Shown: positions 27,020 to 35,459 of the stretch, piece by piece
Layout: each line of letters opens with the position of its first letter
Numbering within the stretch: the first letter of the stretch is position 1
Source: Candidatus Poribacteria bacterium
GTDB taxonomy: Bacteria > Poribacteria > WGA-4E > WGA-3G
Reading direction: 5' to 3'
Length of the DNA stretch: 64,000 bases
Assembly (NCBI GenBank): GCA_009839745.1
Contig: VXPE01000036.1
Coordinates: forward strand, 4,763 to 68,762
Translations under genes and position numbers: made by a program
The notes under the pieces: model-generated
Database searches by the model: none
Seen by the model: the letters and a program-made list of their open reading frames with translations, nothing else
Told to the model about the DNA's origin: nothing

Positions 27020-27934
27020 TTAGTTCGAACTCGCCAAATCTTTGACCCGTTCCAGCATCGCCTCAGCATTTTGCCTTACGTTCTTATCCTTAGCATGGTG
27101 GGATAACTTCTCAAGCATGGCGATCGCATCTTCAAAATTCCCTTTGATGGCGTATGTTACGCCGAGATAGTATTGGGCGGGTTCATGTGCCTTGCTTTTC
27201 GGATACGTGTCTATGACGACTTTGAAGTGAGAGACAGCCTTTTGAAAGTGCATCTCCGCTTCTTCGGTGTTCTCAAGCATCGCCTTTTCAACCAGTCCGC
27301 CGTAAGCGAGTCCCAATCGGTTGTGTAGGTCGGGGAGGAGTTTCGTCCGGTTTCTCGGATCATGCTCAAACGCTTTCTCACTAAACGAGACTGCTTTTTC
27401 AAGCTGGTTCCGTTCAATATAGGTCAGCGCGACTTGAGCGTTGAGTTTGGCATCGTCTGGCTTCTTCTTGAGTTCGTCGAGTTTCTTTGAAAAGACTTCC
27501 TCTTTTGCCAAAGCATCTTGCATAATCGGTGAAAACTGTTCCGGTGTGAGAAATCCTGAAACCCTTTGGATGAGACCTCCATCTGGACTGACGAACAGAA
27601 CTGCTGGGTAAGCAGTGACTCCGTACCGACTCCGCGTCTCTTCATTGAGCGGATAACTCTTATCTTCGGGATTCACTTTGACGGAAACAAACTTCTCAGA
27701 AAGCTCAATAATGCGTGCATCCGTGAACGTTTCGGCATCCAGCCGCTTACAAAACCCTCACCAATCGGTATAGAAGTCCATCATCATCGGTTTGCCGGTT
27801 TTTTCGGCTTTTGTCAGGCTGTCCTCAAGCGTTTTTTCCCATTTAATTTCGTCGCTCGCGATGAGTGCGGGGACAGTGCCTACCATCAGCAGCAGAACAC
27901 CGAGTGATATGCGGCGAAAAACAGAATTGAACAT
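27020..27934 (-). CDS. thioredoxin-fold + TPR protein, predicted selenoprotein (Sec at codon 59, W-U-G-F-C-K)
   Basis: AAGGAG 7 nt before ATG 27934; signal/anchor MFNSVFRRISLGVLLLMVGTVPALIA; ...KPMMMDFYTDW-TGA(27760-27758)-GFCKRLD... continues in frame into track ORF 27020..27676 (YPAVLFVSPDG + TPRs). Confidence 0.7.
27729..27757 (-). promoter_or_regulatory. SECIS-like hairpin immediately 3' of the in-frame UGA
   Basis: UGA-GG-GUUUU-guaagc-GGC-UGGAU-GCC-GAAAC: lower stem GUUUU/GAAAC, upper stem GGC/GCC, 5-nt apical loop with G at position 2, loop about 19 nt after UGA. Confidence 0.45.
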
Positions 27935-27966
27935 CAATTTTCTCCTTTTTTGTTTAATAACGTCTT

Positions 27967-27994
27967 ATTTTACTTACGATTTGATTTATTTCAA
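27967..27994 (-). promoter_or_regulatory. candidate sigma70 promoter of the selenoprotein gene (TTGAAA-N16-TAAAAT)
   Basis: Minus strand gcTGTTGAAAtaaatcaaatcgtaagTAAAATaagacg, about 30 nt upstream of ATG 27934. Confidence 0.4.
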
Positions 27995-28142
27995 CAGCAT
28001 TATTGCACATTTGACAGCGAGGGCACCACTGTTGTTTTGCTCCCAACATGACTCACTCCTTTGTGATGTTGTGTCCAAAACGCTTCCCTCTGCTCGCCTA
28101 CAGGAAATAGACACACCCAATCACGATAAAAGTTCTCATTTT

Positions 28143-29531
28143 TTACTTTCCGACGCAGAACTGAGAGAAGATTCTATCCAAAATATCTTCAGTTGTCGTC
28201 TTACCAACGATGTCTCCGAGACCATCCAAACTGATCTGCAGATCAACAGAAACGAGATCAGGAGGCATACCGTTTTCGAGGCTCTCTATCGCATAATTGA
28301 GTCCTTCGCTGGCGCGTCGGAGCGCTTCTTGGTGGCGAGCGTTTGTCACAATGGGGGATTCACCGACACTTAATTCGCCTCCCAGTAATTCTTCACAGAT
28401 CGTAGACTTTAGGGTATCAAGTCCTTTGTCCTCAGGAATCGCTGTCTCAACAATCCGTTTCTTAGGACAGTGCACAAGCAATGCCGTTGACGGTGTCACA
28501 ACTGGTAGATCCACCTTGTTGAGAATAAGAATTGCTTTGGCTGACTGCGCTATCTGTAAGAGTTCCAAATCTGCGTTATTTAGGGGTTGCGAAGCATCGA
28601 ACATCAACAGTAACAGCTCTGCCCTGTCAATCACCGCTTTGCTCCGTTCAACGCCTTGTTGCTCTACAATGTCATCTGTCTGTCGAATTCCAGCGGTATC
28701 AATAAGTTTCAACGGAATGCCCTTGATATTAATCGTTTCTTCAATTGTATCGCGTGTTGTGCCGGGTATATCTGTAACGATTGCACGTGTCGCACCAACG
28801 AGTACATTGAGCAGGCTCGATTTTCCGACGTTGGGTTTTCCGAGTATAGCGACATTAACTCCTTCCGCGATAATTCTACCCTCATCGGCGGTGTCGAGGA
28901 GTGTGGTTAAGTCGTTCTGAACAGCACGCGCCGCTTCAAGTTGCATTTCTACCTTCATGAAATCCAGATCTTCCTCGGGGAAGTCGATGGAAGCTTCAAT
29001 TTCTGCGAGCAAGTCAGCGAGTCGATCGCTGAGAGAATTGACAGTATCAGAGAGTTTTCCGGCGAGTGCGTCTATAGCGATCTTTCGGCTGAGATCTGTT
29101 TTCGAGGCGATGAGTTCGGCAACTGCTTCCGCTTGTGCTAAATCCAGTCTTCCGTTGAGAAAGGCACGTTTTGTAAATTCTCCGGGTTCGGCGACCCGTG
29201 CCCCACTCTTTACCACCAGGTCCAGCACTGTCGTGAGTGTCAGGATTCCGCCGTGGCAGTTAAATTCGACGATGTCTTCACCGGTATATGTGTTGGGTGC
29301 GTGCATGATACCGAGTAGCACTTCGTCAATGACTTCATCGGATGCGTTTGTATCTATGACGTGTCCATAAGTAAGTGTATGCGTTGATAGTTCTGTGGGA
29401 GACACACCGCGCGGTGATTGGAATAATTCAGCAGCAATCGGTCGGGCAAGGTCCCCACTCACTCGGACGATGCCGATGCCGGCTTCACCGCGTGCTGTTG
29501 CGATGGCTGCAATCGTATCGTGGAACTTCAT
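28143..29531 (-). CDS. mnmE: tRNA modification GTPase MnmE
   Basis: [14 protein letters not shown]-terminus, G1 [20 protein letters not shown]-terminal CVGK. Confidence 0.95.
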   Translation of the reverse strand: MKFHDTIAAIATARGEAGIGIVRVSGDLARPIAAELFQSPRGVSPTELSTHTLTYGHVIDTNASDEVIDEVLLGIMHAPNTYTGEDIVEFNCHGGILTLTTVLDLVVKSGARVAEPGEFTKRAFLNGRLDLAQAEAVAELIASKTDLSRKIAIDALAGKLSDTVNSLSDRLADLLAEIEASIDFPEEDLDFMKVEMQLEAARAVQNDLTTLLDTADEGRIIAEGVNVAILGKPNVGKSSLLNVLVGATRAIVTDIPGTTRDTIEETINIKGIPLKLIDTAGIRQTDDIVEQQGVERSKAVIDRAELLLLMFDASQPLNNADLELLQIAQSAKAILILNKVDLPVVTPSTALLVHCPKKRIVETAIPEDKGLDTLKSTICEELLGGELSVGESPIVTNARHQEALRRASEGLNYAIESLENGMPPDLVSVDLQISLDGLGDIVGKTTTEDILDRIFSQFCVGK

Positions 29532-29536
29532 AGAAT

Positions 29537-29716
29537 AGTTATCGGTTTTCAGATAGATGGTTATCGGTGCGCATTGCTACGCAATGCTTTCGGTTATCGG
29601 TTACAAGAGGAGTTTGTTAAACGAAAGCCTCTTAACCGACAACTGAAGGATTTTCGGAGACGAGGAAGCCCATAAGAACTCCATACCGTTGATTCCCCGA
29701 ACCGATAACTGACAAT
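29537..29716. repeat. composite repeat block filling the jag-mnmE spacer (heptamer arrays + GTA-loop hairpin + MITE-like core)
   Basis: AGTTATCGGTTTTCAG..GGTTATCGG, palindrome GCATTGC-TAC-GCAATGC (29571-29587), ACAAGAGG-N17-CCTCTT core (29603-29633), ..CGAACCGATAACTGACAA. Confidence 0.65.
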
Positions 29717-29720
29717 CCTT

Positions 29721-30344
29721 TTAAGGTTGTTGTGTTGTGACGACGACGCGTCGCATTTCACCCTCGCCTTGGCTGTAGGTAGACACAATCTCGTCTCCTT
29801 TCAAGGTAACATGAATGATACGGCGATCGCGTGCGGACATCGGTGCAAGGACGACTTCCCGATCCGTATACCTGACCTTTTCAGCGACTTGGTGTGCCAT
29901 TTCGACGAGTCGTTCTTCCCGGCGTTCTCGATAGCCCTCCGTGTTGACAAAAACGCGTCTTTTTACAAGCGAGGCTTTGTTGACGATACAATTAAGCAAA
30001 CGTTCGATTGCATCAAGGGTTTGCCCGTGTTTCCCGATGAGTAGGGCAGGACTGTCGGTGGCAATATTGAGGTGTATGCTTCCGTCAACAAAACTCGATT
30101 CAACCTCCGCGTCGATTCCCATCCGGTTGAGCATTTCCTTTAGAATCGTTTCCGGTGCGGAAGAGACATCTTGTTTGAGCGTTGCGCGGACCTTCGCGGG
30201 TTTAGCACCGAAGTTTAAAATCCCTTTCGTAGGTTCGCTGACGATGTCAATCGTGACTTGATCGCGAGTTGCTTCAAGTTCGGTGAGGGCGTGTTCAATT
30301 GCTTCTTCCACAGTATCGCCTTCGGTTTCGATGTAGTGCTGCAT
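29721..30344 (-). CDS. jag: RNA-binding protein Jag/KhpB (Jag_N, KH, R3H)
   Basis: KH-like IGKHGQTLDAIERLLN and R3H MSARDRRIIHVTL; 1 nt after the yidC stop. Confidence 0.85.
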   Translation of the reverse strand: MQHYIETEGDTVEEAIEHALTELEATRDQVTIDIVSEPTKGILNFGAKPAKVRATLKQDVSSAPETILKEMLNRMGIDAEVESSFVDGSIHLNIATDSPALLIGKHGQTLDAIERLLNCIVNKASLVKRRVFVNTEGYRERREERLVEMAHQVAEKVRYTDREVVLAPMSARDRRIIHVTLKGDEIVSTYSQGEGEMRRVVVTTQQP

Positions 30345-30345
30345 T

Positions 30346-32169
30346 TTAATTTTTCCTTCTTTTCGTGCCTGCTGGTGTGGATTGATCCTCGTCAGTCTCG
30401 GTTCGGTTTTGTAAGTATTGTTGTGCTATCGTGAAAACATTATTACACAACCAATACAACACAAACCCGGATGCCCAGTTATAAAAGATGAAGATAAAAA
30501 TGAGAGGCATAAACTGCATTAATTTCGCTTGCATGTTGTCCGTTGTTGGTGCCATATTGCCGACGAATTTCTGTTGGAGCCAGGTTGTTAAGCCGTTTAT
30601 TATAGGTAATAGGCGGACGGCATCTATTTGCGTGACAATCAATGGAATCGTGAAAGGCAGTTCGATTAAAGTGTCGGGAGCAGAAAGGTCATCAATCCAT
30701 AAAAGGAAGGGTGCTCCACGGAGTTCCACTGCGCTTCCAAGCAGTGCGAAGAGTGCCCAAAAAATAGGAATTTGTGGGAGCCATGGTATACAGCCCCCTA
30801 ACGGGTTGACGCCGTGCTCCTTGTAAAGTCGCATCGTGGCGCGATTGAGTTTCTGCGGGTCATCCCTGTATTTCTCCTTCAATTCCACTAACTGCGGTTG
30901 AAGTTTCTGCATCTCCTTCATAGATTTATGTGCTTTGCGTGTGAAGGGATAAGAGATGACCTTCACCAAAGCAGTCAGGAGGATAATCGCGACGCCGTAG
31001 TTTCCAACAACACTGTGAAACCCTTTAAATATCCAGAGCATTCCCCATGCGAGGGGCCAGAAGAATCCGAAATCAATGATTTTCGAGAGACGCACTGGGT
31101 TTTCAGGGGCATTCGGTGCTTCTATACCTTTTAGGATCGTATCGTCCTTGGGACCAACGTAGAGCCGAAAAACATGCGTTTTCTTTTCCTGTGGTGCGAG
31201 ATAAAAACTCGGCAAGACGAGTGCGGCGGTCTCTGTTGGTGCGGTGACAGCAATATCGGTTGTAACATCTGCCTGTGGTGTTTCTATAAATTTATAGGTA
31301 GCGGCCAGCTGCTGATCTGGAATCATCAATGCGCTGAAGTACTGGCTGTCCATGCCAGCCCAGAGGACCGTGGCTAACGCCCGTTCAGATTTGAGTTCAC
31401 GCCTCGGTTTGTCTTCACCGATATACGCTTTTGCGCCTTCACTGCCGCGTCGTCCACGTTTGCCGCTCTTTTTTTCATGTGGAAGCAGATCGGCATTAAT
31501 ACCGCGTCCCCACTGAAGTTGGTATCCATTTGCGGGTTCGGTTCCACCCATAAGCAGCGGTTCATCAGAGACGTTTTGGAAGGTTAGCACCATATCAACG
31601 AAGTAGTTGTCCGGATTGAAGGCGAACAGCTTTGCGACCTGTAATTTTTCTCCGATTTGTGTCCTGAAGACAAGTGTTTCAGCAGTTTGCCCATTTGTGA
31701 TGTTAACTTCCGATTTGTCAGCCTTCCACCTGGCACGGAGTGAATCAAGTTGGAGCTGCGAATTACCGAACCGAAGTGCAAGGCAGTTAAGTGCGTTTTC
31801 AGGAATTAGGTTCAAAGGGGTTTTGTCTGCGTCCGTCCTGTCTGGAAAATGATTTAATTGCCACTGTTTAGGGATTGCGAGTTTTTCGTTAAAAACAACA
31901 GTGTAGTTATCGGTTTGGACGCTGACTTTTGCATCGTCTGGACTTTCCTCAACGGGTGTCCAGAGGTCAGCACTCACGGACGCATCAGTTCCATCGAGTG
32001 TTCCGTGTGTTGCAGTGCCCGATTGTGCCTCACTTGGACTGGGCGCTGCTGGTGTCTCGGTAGTTGCGGGGTCCTCGGGTTGCGGGGCAAAACGTTTGCC
32101 GAAAAATAGGCTCCATCCGATCATCACTGCAATCATTAGAACCAATGCAAGAATATAACGTACTCCCAT
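30346..32169 (-). CDS. yidC: membrane protein insertase YidC
   Basis: N-terminal TM + large periplasmic domain + conserved core YGVAIILLTALVKVISYPFTRK, MQKLQPQLVELKEKY, GCIPWLPQIPIFWALF. Confidence 0.93.
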   Translation of the reverse strand: MGVRYILALVLMIAVMIGWSLFFGKRFAPQPEDPATTETPAAPSPSEAQSGTATHGTLDGTDASVSADLWTPVEESPDDAKVSVQTDNYTVVFNEKLAIPKQWQLNHFPDRTDADKTPLNLIPENALNCLALRFGNSQLQLDSLRARWKADKSEVNITNGQTAETLVFRTQIGEKLQVAKLFAFNPDNYFVDMVLTFQNVSDEPLLMGGTEPANGYQLQWGRGINADLLPHEKKSGKRGRRGSEGAKAYIGEDKPRRELKSERALATVLWAGMDSQYFSALMIPDQQLAATYKFIETPQADVTTDIAVTAPTETAALVLPSFYLAPQEKKTHVFRLYVGPKDDTILKGIEAPNAPENPVRLSKIIDFGFFWPLAWGMLWIFKGFHSVVGNYGVAIILLTALVKVISYPFTRKAHKSMKEMQKLQPQLVELKEKYRDDPQKLNRATMRLYKEHGVNPLGGCIPWLPQIPIFWALFALLGSAVELRGAPFLLWIDDLSAPDTLIELPFTIPLIVTQIDAVRLLPIINGLTTWLQQKFVGNMAPTTDNMQAKLMQFMPLIFIFIFYNWASGFVLYWLCNNVFTIAQQYLQNRTETDEDQSTPAGTKRRKN

Positions 32170-32260
32170 CGAGATTAGACGCTCCTCACTTTTTGTGTTT
32201 TTTAATTTTACTTTGGGGCGGAAGGATATGCGTTTTGATGTTGACGTGCGTTCCTTCCTG

Positions 32261-32566
32261 CTATTTTAGAAGGTCAAAGCCTCCGGGATGGTAAGGGTGA
32301 CATTTTGAAAGTCGTTTAATTGTTAACCAGCACCCTTTGAGGGCACCGTAGCGTTTTAACGCTTGGAGGGCATATTGCGAGCATGTCGGATAGAATCGGC
32401 AGGACGGTGGAAAGAACGGCGAAATAAAGCGTCGATAAAAGCGGATGAGTTGTAGAAGTATCACCGTCCCGTCCAATTTATTGCGTATCCGCCGGTTTCC
32501 ATGTTGGTTGTTACCTTCTTCGCAGTGCTTACAATGTGGCACGCTTCTATCCTTACCGACTGCCAT
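32261..32566 (-). CDS. yidD: membrane protein insertion efficiency factor YidD (with N-terminal extension if ATG 32566 is used)
   Basis: [39 protein letters not shown]; overlaps the rnpA 3' end by 14 nt; internal TTG/GTG starts possible. Confidence 0.8.
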   Translation of the reverse strand: MAVGKDRSVPHCKHCEEGNNQHGNRRIRNKLDGTVILLQLIRFYRRFISPFFPPSCRFYPTCSQYALQALKRYGALKGCWLTIKRLSKCHPYHPGGFDLLK

Positions 32567-32936
32567 CGTTTCTACCTTGCCTTAGCGTGTCGCTGGGTGG
32601 ATTGTTTAAAATAAATGCTTTCCGAAAGAGGTGAAACAATCCATCTTTTGCTTCTTGACACGTGAGTCGACGGGCTGGTGTTCTTCCGACGACTACGATG
32701 TCATATTCAGTTTTTATGCGTGGGCGTAACTGCCGAAACGATTCGCGAATGAGCCTTTTGACCCGATTTCGCTGAACGCTTTTTCCGACTTTTTTACTGA
32801 CGGTTATTCCTAATCGGAGGTTATTGAAATGGTTGTGGAAGACGTATATCACAAAATAGCGATTCCAATACTTATTGCCCTTCTGATAGGCACGCTGGAA
32901 TTCCCAACGTTTTTTTAGTTTTTTCGGATCGTGCAT
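32553..32936 (-). CDS. rnpA: ribonuclease P protein component
   Basis: [25 protein letters not shown] RNase P protein motif; position upstream of yidD-yidC. Confidence 0.88.
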   Translation of the reverse strand: MHDPKKLKKRWEFQRAYQKGNKYWNRYFVIYVFHNHFNNLRLGITVSKKVGKSVQRNRVKRLIRESFRQLRPRIKTEYDIVVVGRTPARRLTCQEAKDGLFHLFRKAFILNNPPSDTLRQGRNDGSR

Positions 32937-32939
32937 GAT

Positions 32940-33476
32940 TTAGTTGATATACAGATATTTTCTCCACGATGGGTGGCACCCGCGAAAGTGACGATTGAGT
33001 TGCAAATAGGTCAAAATTGACGGTGTTTTCGGCTGACGTTGCAGTTTCCATCGCGTTTCATAGAGCATTTTACTGCCCTTTTTGTTATTACACTCTTTGC
33101 AGGCCGTCACAACGTTCTCCCATGTCGTTTCTCCGCCGCGAGAGATGGGTATCACATGGTCCATCGTGAGTTGCGCTGCTGGGAACTCGCAATGACAGTA
33201 TTGACATGTATACTGGTCGCGGACGAGAACATTCCTCCGTGAAAATTTGACAACGCTGCGCGGGACGTGGACGTAGTTTACTAACCGAATTACATGTGGT
33301 ACTTTCATCGCAGCACTGGGTGAATGAATCTCAATATCAGAGACTTCTTCAGTCTGTGCAGTGCCCTTAAAAACCATTTTCATAGCGCGCCTGAGGTTAC
33401 AAACGTTGATTGCTTCGTAGCTGGCGTTAAGTACTAAAACAGATATTTCCACTTGCATGCCCTCTAACTTAGACAA
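32940..33476 (-). CDS. HNH endonuclease (McrA-like, about 175 aa)
   Basis: CQYCHCEF...MDHVIPISRGGETTWENVVTACKECNNKKG; stop only 3 nt before the rnpA start; start uncertain (TTG 33476, ATG 33458, GTG 33452). Confidence 0.82.
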   Translation of the reverse strand: MSKLEGMQVEISVLVLNASYEAINVCNLRRAMKMVFKGTAQTEEVSDIEIHSPSAAMKVPHVIRLVNYVHVPRSVVKFSRRNVLVRDQYTCQYCHCEFPAAQLTMDHVIPISRGGETTWENVVTACKECNNKKGSKMLYETRWKLQRQPKTPSILTYLQLNRHFRGCHPSWRKYLYIN

Positions 33477-33504
33477 CTGGCTTTAACCACATTAACTCTT
33501 ATGA

Positions 33505-33533
33505 ATTTTAACACATTTTTCGTGTAATTGCAA
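33505..33533 (-). promoter_or_regulatory. candidate sigma70 promoter of the HNH-rnpA-yidD-yidC operon (TTGCAA-N17-TAAAAT)
   Basis: Minus strand agTTGCAAttacacgaaaaatgtgtTAAAATtcataag. Confidence 0.45.
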
Positions 33534-33546
33534 CTAAAATCGTAAT

Positions 33547-33620
33547 AGTTATCGGTTATCAGTTGTCAGTTGTCAGGGATAAGGTAGGGATTAGTTGTCA
33601 GAGTGGCGGGGTTCGGAAAC
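33547..33620 (+). repeat. GTTRTCR heptamer array with GGTTCGGAAAC tail
   Basis: AGTTATCG GTTATCA GTTGTCA GTTGTCA GGG..TTAGTTGTCAG..GGGGTTCGGAAAC. Confidence 0.65.
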
Positions 33621-33702
33621 ATCGCTAATGGGGGTAGGGAGAAAAAATAAAGATACACCTGACACACGGTTTTGTGTATAATGTTTATACAACACGAGTT
33701 AG

Positions 33703-33726
33703 GTAGACGAGGTTGAAAACCTCACC
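33703..33726 (+). repeat. GTAG-headed hairpin of the GACGAGGTT/AACCTC family
   Basis: GTAG-ACGAGGTT-GAAA-AACCTCAC. Confidence 0.45.
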
Positions 33727-33766
33727 AGCGAAAGCGTGGAACAGTTCTTATCTGAGAGGAATTTGA

Positions 33767-35374
33767 ATGCCCCATCGGTTGCGAGACGCTATTGCGGTCT
33801 TGAGTCTTACGTTTAGTTTGAGCAGTTACGCCTCTGATATTCGATTTGTGGATGTCACTGAACAAGCGGGCATCCATTTTGAGCACGCCGGTGGTATCGA
33901 CTTGCGTGTGGTGCCTGCGCTCGTGGGTTCGGGAGCGGCGTGGTGCGACTACGACAACGATGGGAAGTTAGATCTTTATATAGCCAACAGTGCTTTGGTG
34001 CGCCCAACATCGGACGCGGTGTTACCGAAAAACGCGCTCTATCGGAATAACGGTAATGGCACTTTCAGCGATGTAACGGATACTGCTGGCGTCGGCGACA
34101 CCGGTTGGGGGATGGGGTGTGCCTTTGCAGATTATGACAACGATGGTGATGCTGATCTCTATGTCACGAACTATAAGGCCAACCTGTTCTATCGGAACAA
34201 CGGCGACGGGACTTTCAAACGCTTCTCGTCTGGTGCTGGCGGTATTGGTCATGATGGTTTTGGAGCAGGGATCGCTTGGGGTGATTACGATAGCGACGGT
34301 TACCTCGACCTTTATATCGGTAACTATATTGAATATACCAAAGTTCCACAAGGCGATGAAGTCTTTTTCCCGTATGATTTCTTCGGACAGGCGAACGTTC
34401 TTTATCTAAATAAAGGAGACGGCGGTTTCATAAACATTACGGATGCCGCCAAAGTGAATGGCGGATTTCACTTGACCCTTGGTGTTGCCGCGGCGGATTA
34501 CGATGCCGATGGCGATCTGGATCTGTATCTCGCCAATGATACCGACCAGAATATCCTCTATCGCAACGATGGTGAGTTAACGTTCACGAACACGAATCGT
34601 CCAGATGCCAGGAGTCGCACCGGTGATATACGGAGTGGGATGGGCATCAGTTGGGGCGATTACGATGCCGATGGTGATTTGGATCTCTTTGTTACGAACT
34701 GGTTGGATGAAAACAATGTTCTCTATAAAAATAATGGTGACGGCACCTTTACCGATGTTTCGGCGAAGAGTGGTGTTTTTGAGTCGGGACTCGGTAAAAC
34801 ATGTTGGGGGACTGCCTTGTTCGACGCGGATAACGATGGGGATATGGATATCTTCTTCTCGGCGGGACACATCGATCCGGCTTCATGGGAGGCACACGGG
34901 CAAGCGGATGTTTTTCTCCAGAACAATGGTGACGGCACCTTCACTGACATTTCTGACGCTGCCGGACTTCGGGAATTCAACTCGGACGGGGTTGGTAGAG
35001 GGGTCGCCGTTGCGGATTACGATGCCGATGGCGATTTAGATCTATTTATCGTCAACAGTGGTGGGAAGCCGATGTTGCTTCGAAACGATGGGGGGAACCA
35101 ACGGTCGTGGCTTCAGATTCGCACGGTCGGCACAGTAAGCAACCGGGATGGTGTTGGGGCACTTGTGAAGGTGAGTGCTGGCGATCTTCATCAGATTCAG
35201 CAGGTGACAGCGGGCGACAGTTACCTTTCTCAAAGCAGTATTGATGTCGAGTTTGGACTTGGGCATCACGAAACAGTGGATCGCATTGTTATTCAATGGC
35301 CGAGCGGCATTGTGCAAACGTTGACCGATGTGCAAGCGAACCAGCGAGTTGTTGTGATTGAGCGCGCGGAGTAA
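33767..35374 (+). CDS. FG-GAP/VCBS repeat protein with ASPIC/UnbV-like C-terminus (CRTAC1 family)
   Basis: Signal peptide; repeated DYDNDGxxDLYV / GDYDADGDLDL calcium-binding FG-GAP units; C-terminal RDGVGALVKV...GDSYLSQSS. Confidence 0.85.
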   Translation: MPHRLRDAIAVLSLTFSLSSYASDIRFVDVTEQAGIHFEHAGGIDLRVVPALVGSGAAWCDYDNDGKLDLYIANSALVRPTSDAVLPKNALYRNNGNGTFSDVTDTAGVGDTGWGMGCAFADYDNDGDADLYVTNYKANLFYRNNGDGTFKRFSSGAGGIGHDGFGAGIAWGDYDSDGYLDLYIGNYIEYTKVPQGDEVFFPYDFFGQANVLYLNKGDGGFINITDAAKVNGGFHLTLGVAAADYDADGDLDLYLANDTDQNILYRNDGELTFTNTNRPDARSRTGDIRSGMGISWGDYDADGDLDLFVTNWLDENNVLYKNNGDGTFTDVSAKSGVFESGLGKTCWGTALFDADNDGDMDIFFSAGHIDPASWEAHGQADVFLQNNGDGTFTDISDAAGLREFNSDGVGRGVAVADYDADGDLDLFIVNSGGKPMLLRNDGGNQRSWLQIRTVGTVSNRDGVGALVKVSAGDLHQIQQVTAGDSYLSQSSIDVEFGLGHHETVDRIVIQWPSGIVQTLTDVQANQRVVVIERAE

Positions 35375-35459
35375 TTGCGAAAATCTTGCAATTGCGACCC
35401 TGATGTGTTATTCTTAATTCAGTATCTTCATGTTTCTCAATTAAAATAAGGAGGAAAAC

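Noticed and set aside
27758-27760. Alternative reading of the in-frame TGA as a pseudogenising mutation or a true gene start at Met 27676
   Set aside because: This is not fully excluded. However, the stop falls precisely on the redox Cys position, and the upstream 58 codons encode a proper SD, signal peptide and thioredoxin beta1-alpha1 context. The frame is otherwise intact and a hairpin follows, so I kept it as a selenoprotein candidate.
33477-33766. Possible oriC next to the rnpA-yidC cluster, since heptamers contain TTATC like DnaA boxes
   Set aside because: The heptamers (GTTATCG/GTTGTCA) do not match TTATCCACA beyond five bases. The same arrays are dispersed at many other loci, and there is no dnaA/dnaN or clear DUE here. 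The only good DnaA-box-like 9-mer seen (TTATCCACC, minus strand, about 14227-14235) is isolated.
32937-33766. Searched for a small rpmH (L34) gene upstream of rnpA
   Set aside because: I saw no MKRTYQPS-like minus-strand mini-ORF. The space is taken by the HNH gene, a promoter and repeats. rpmH is presumably elsewhere.
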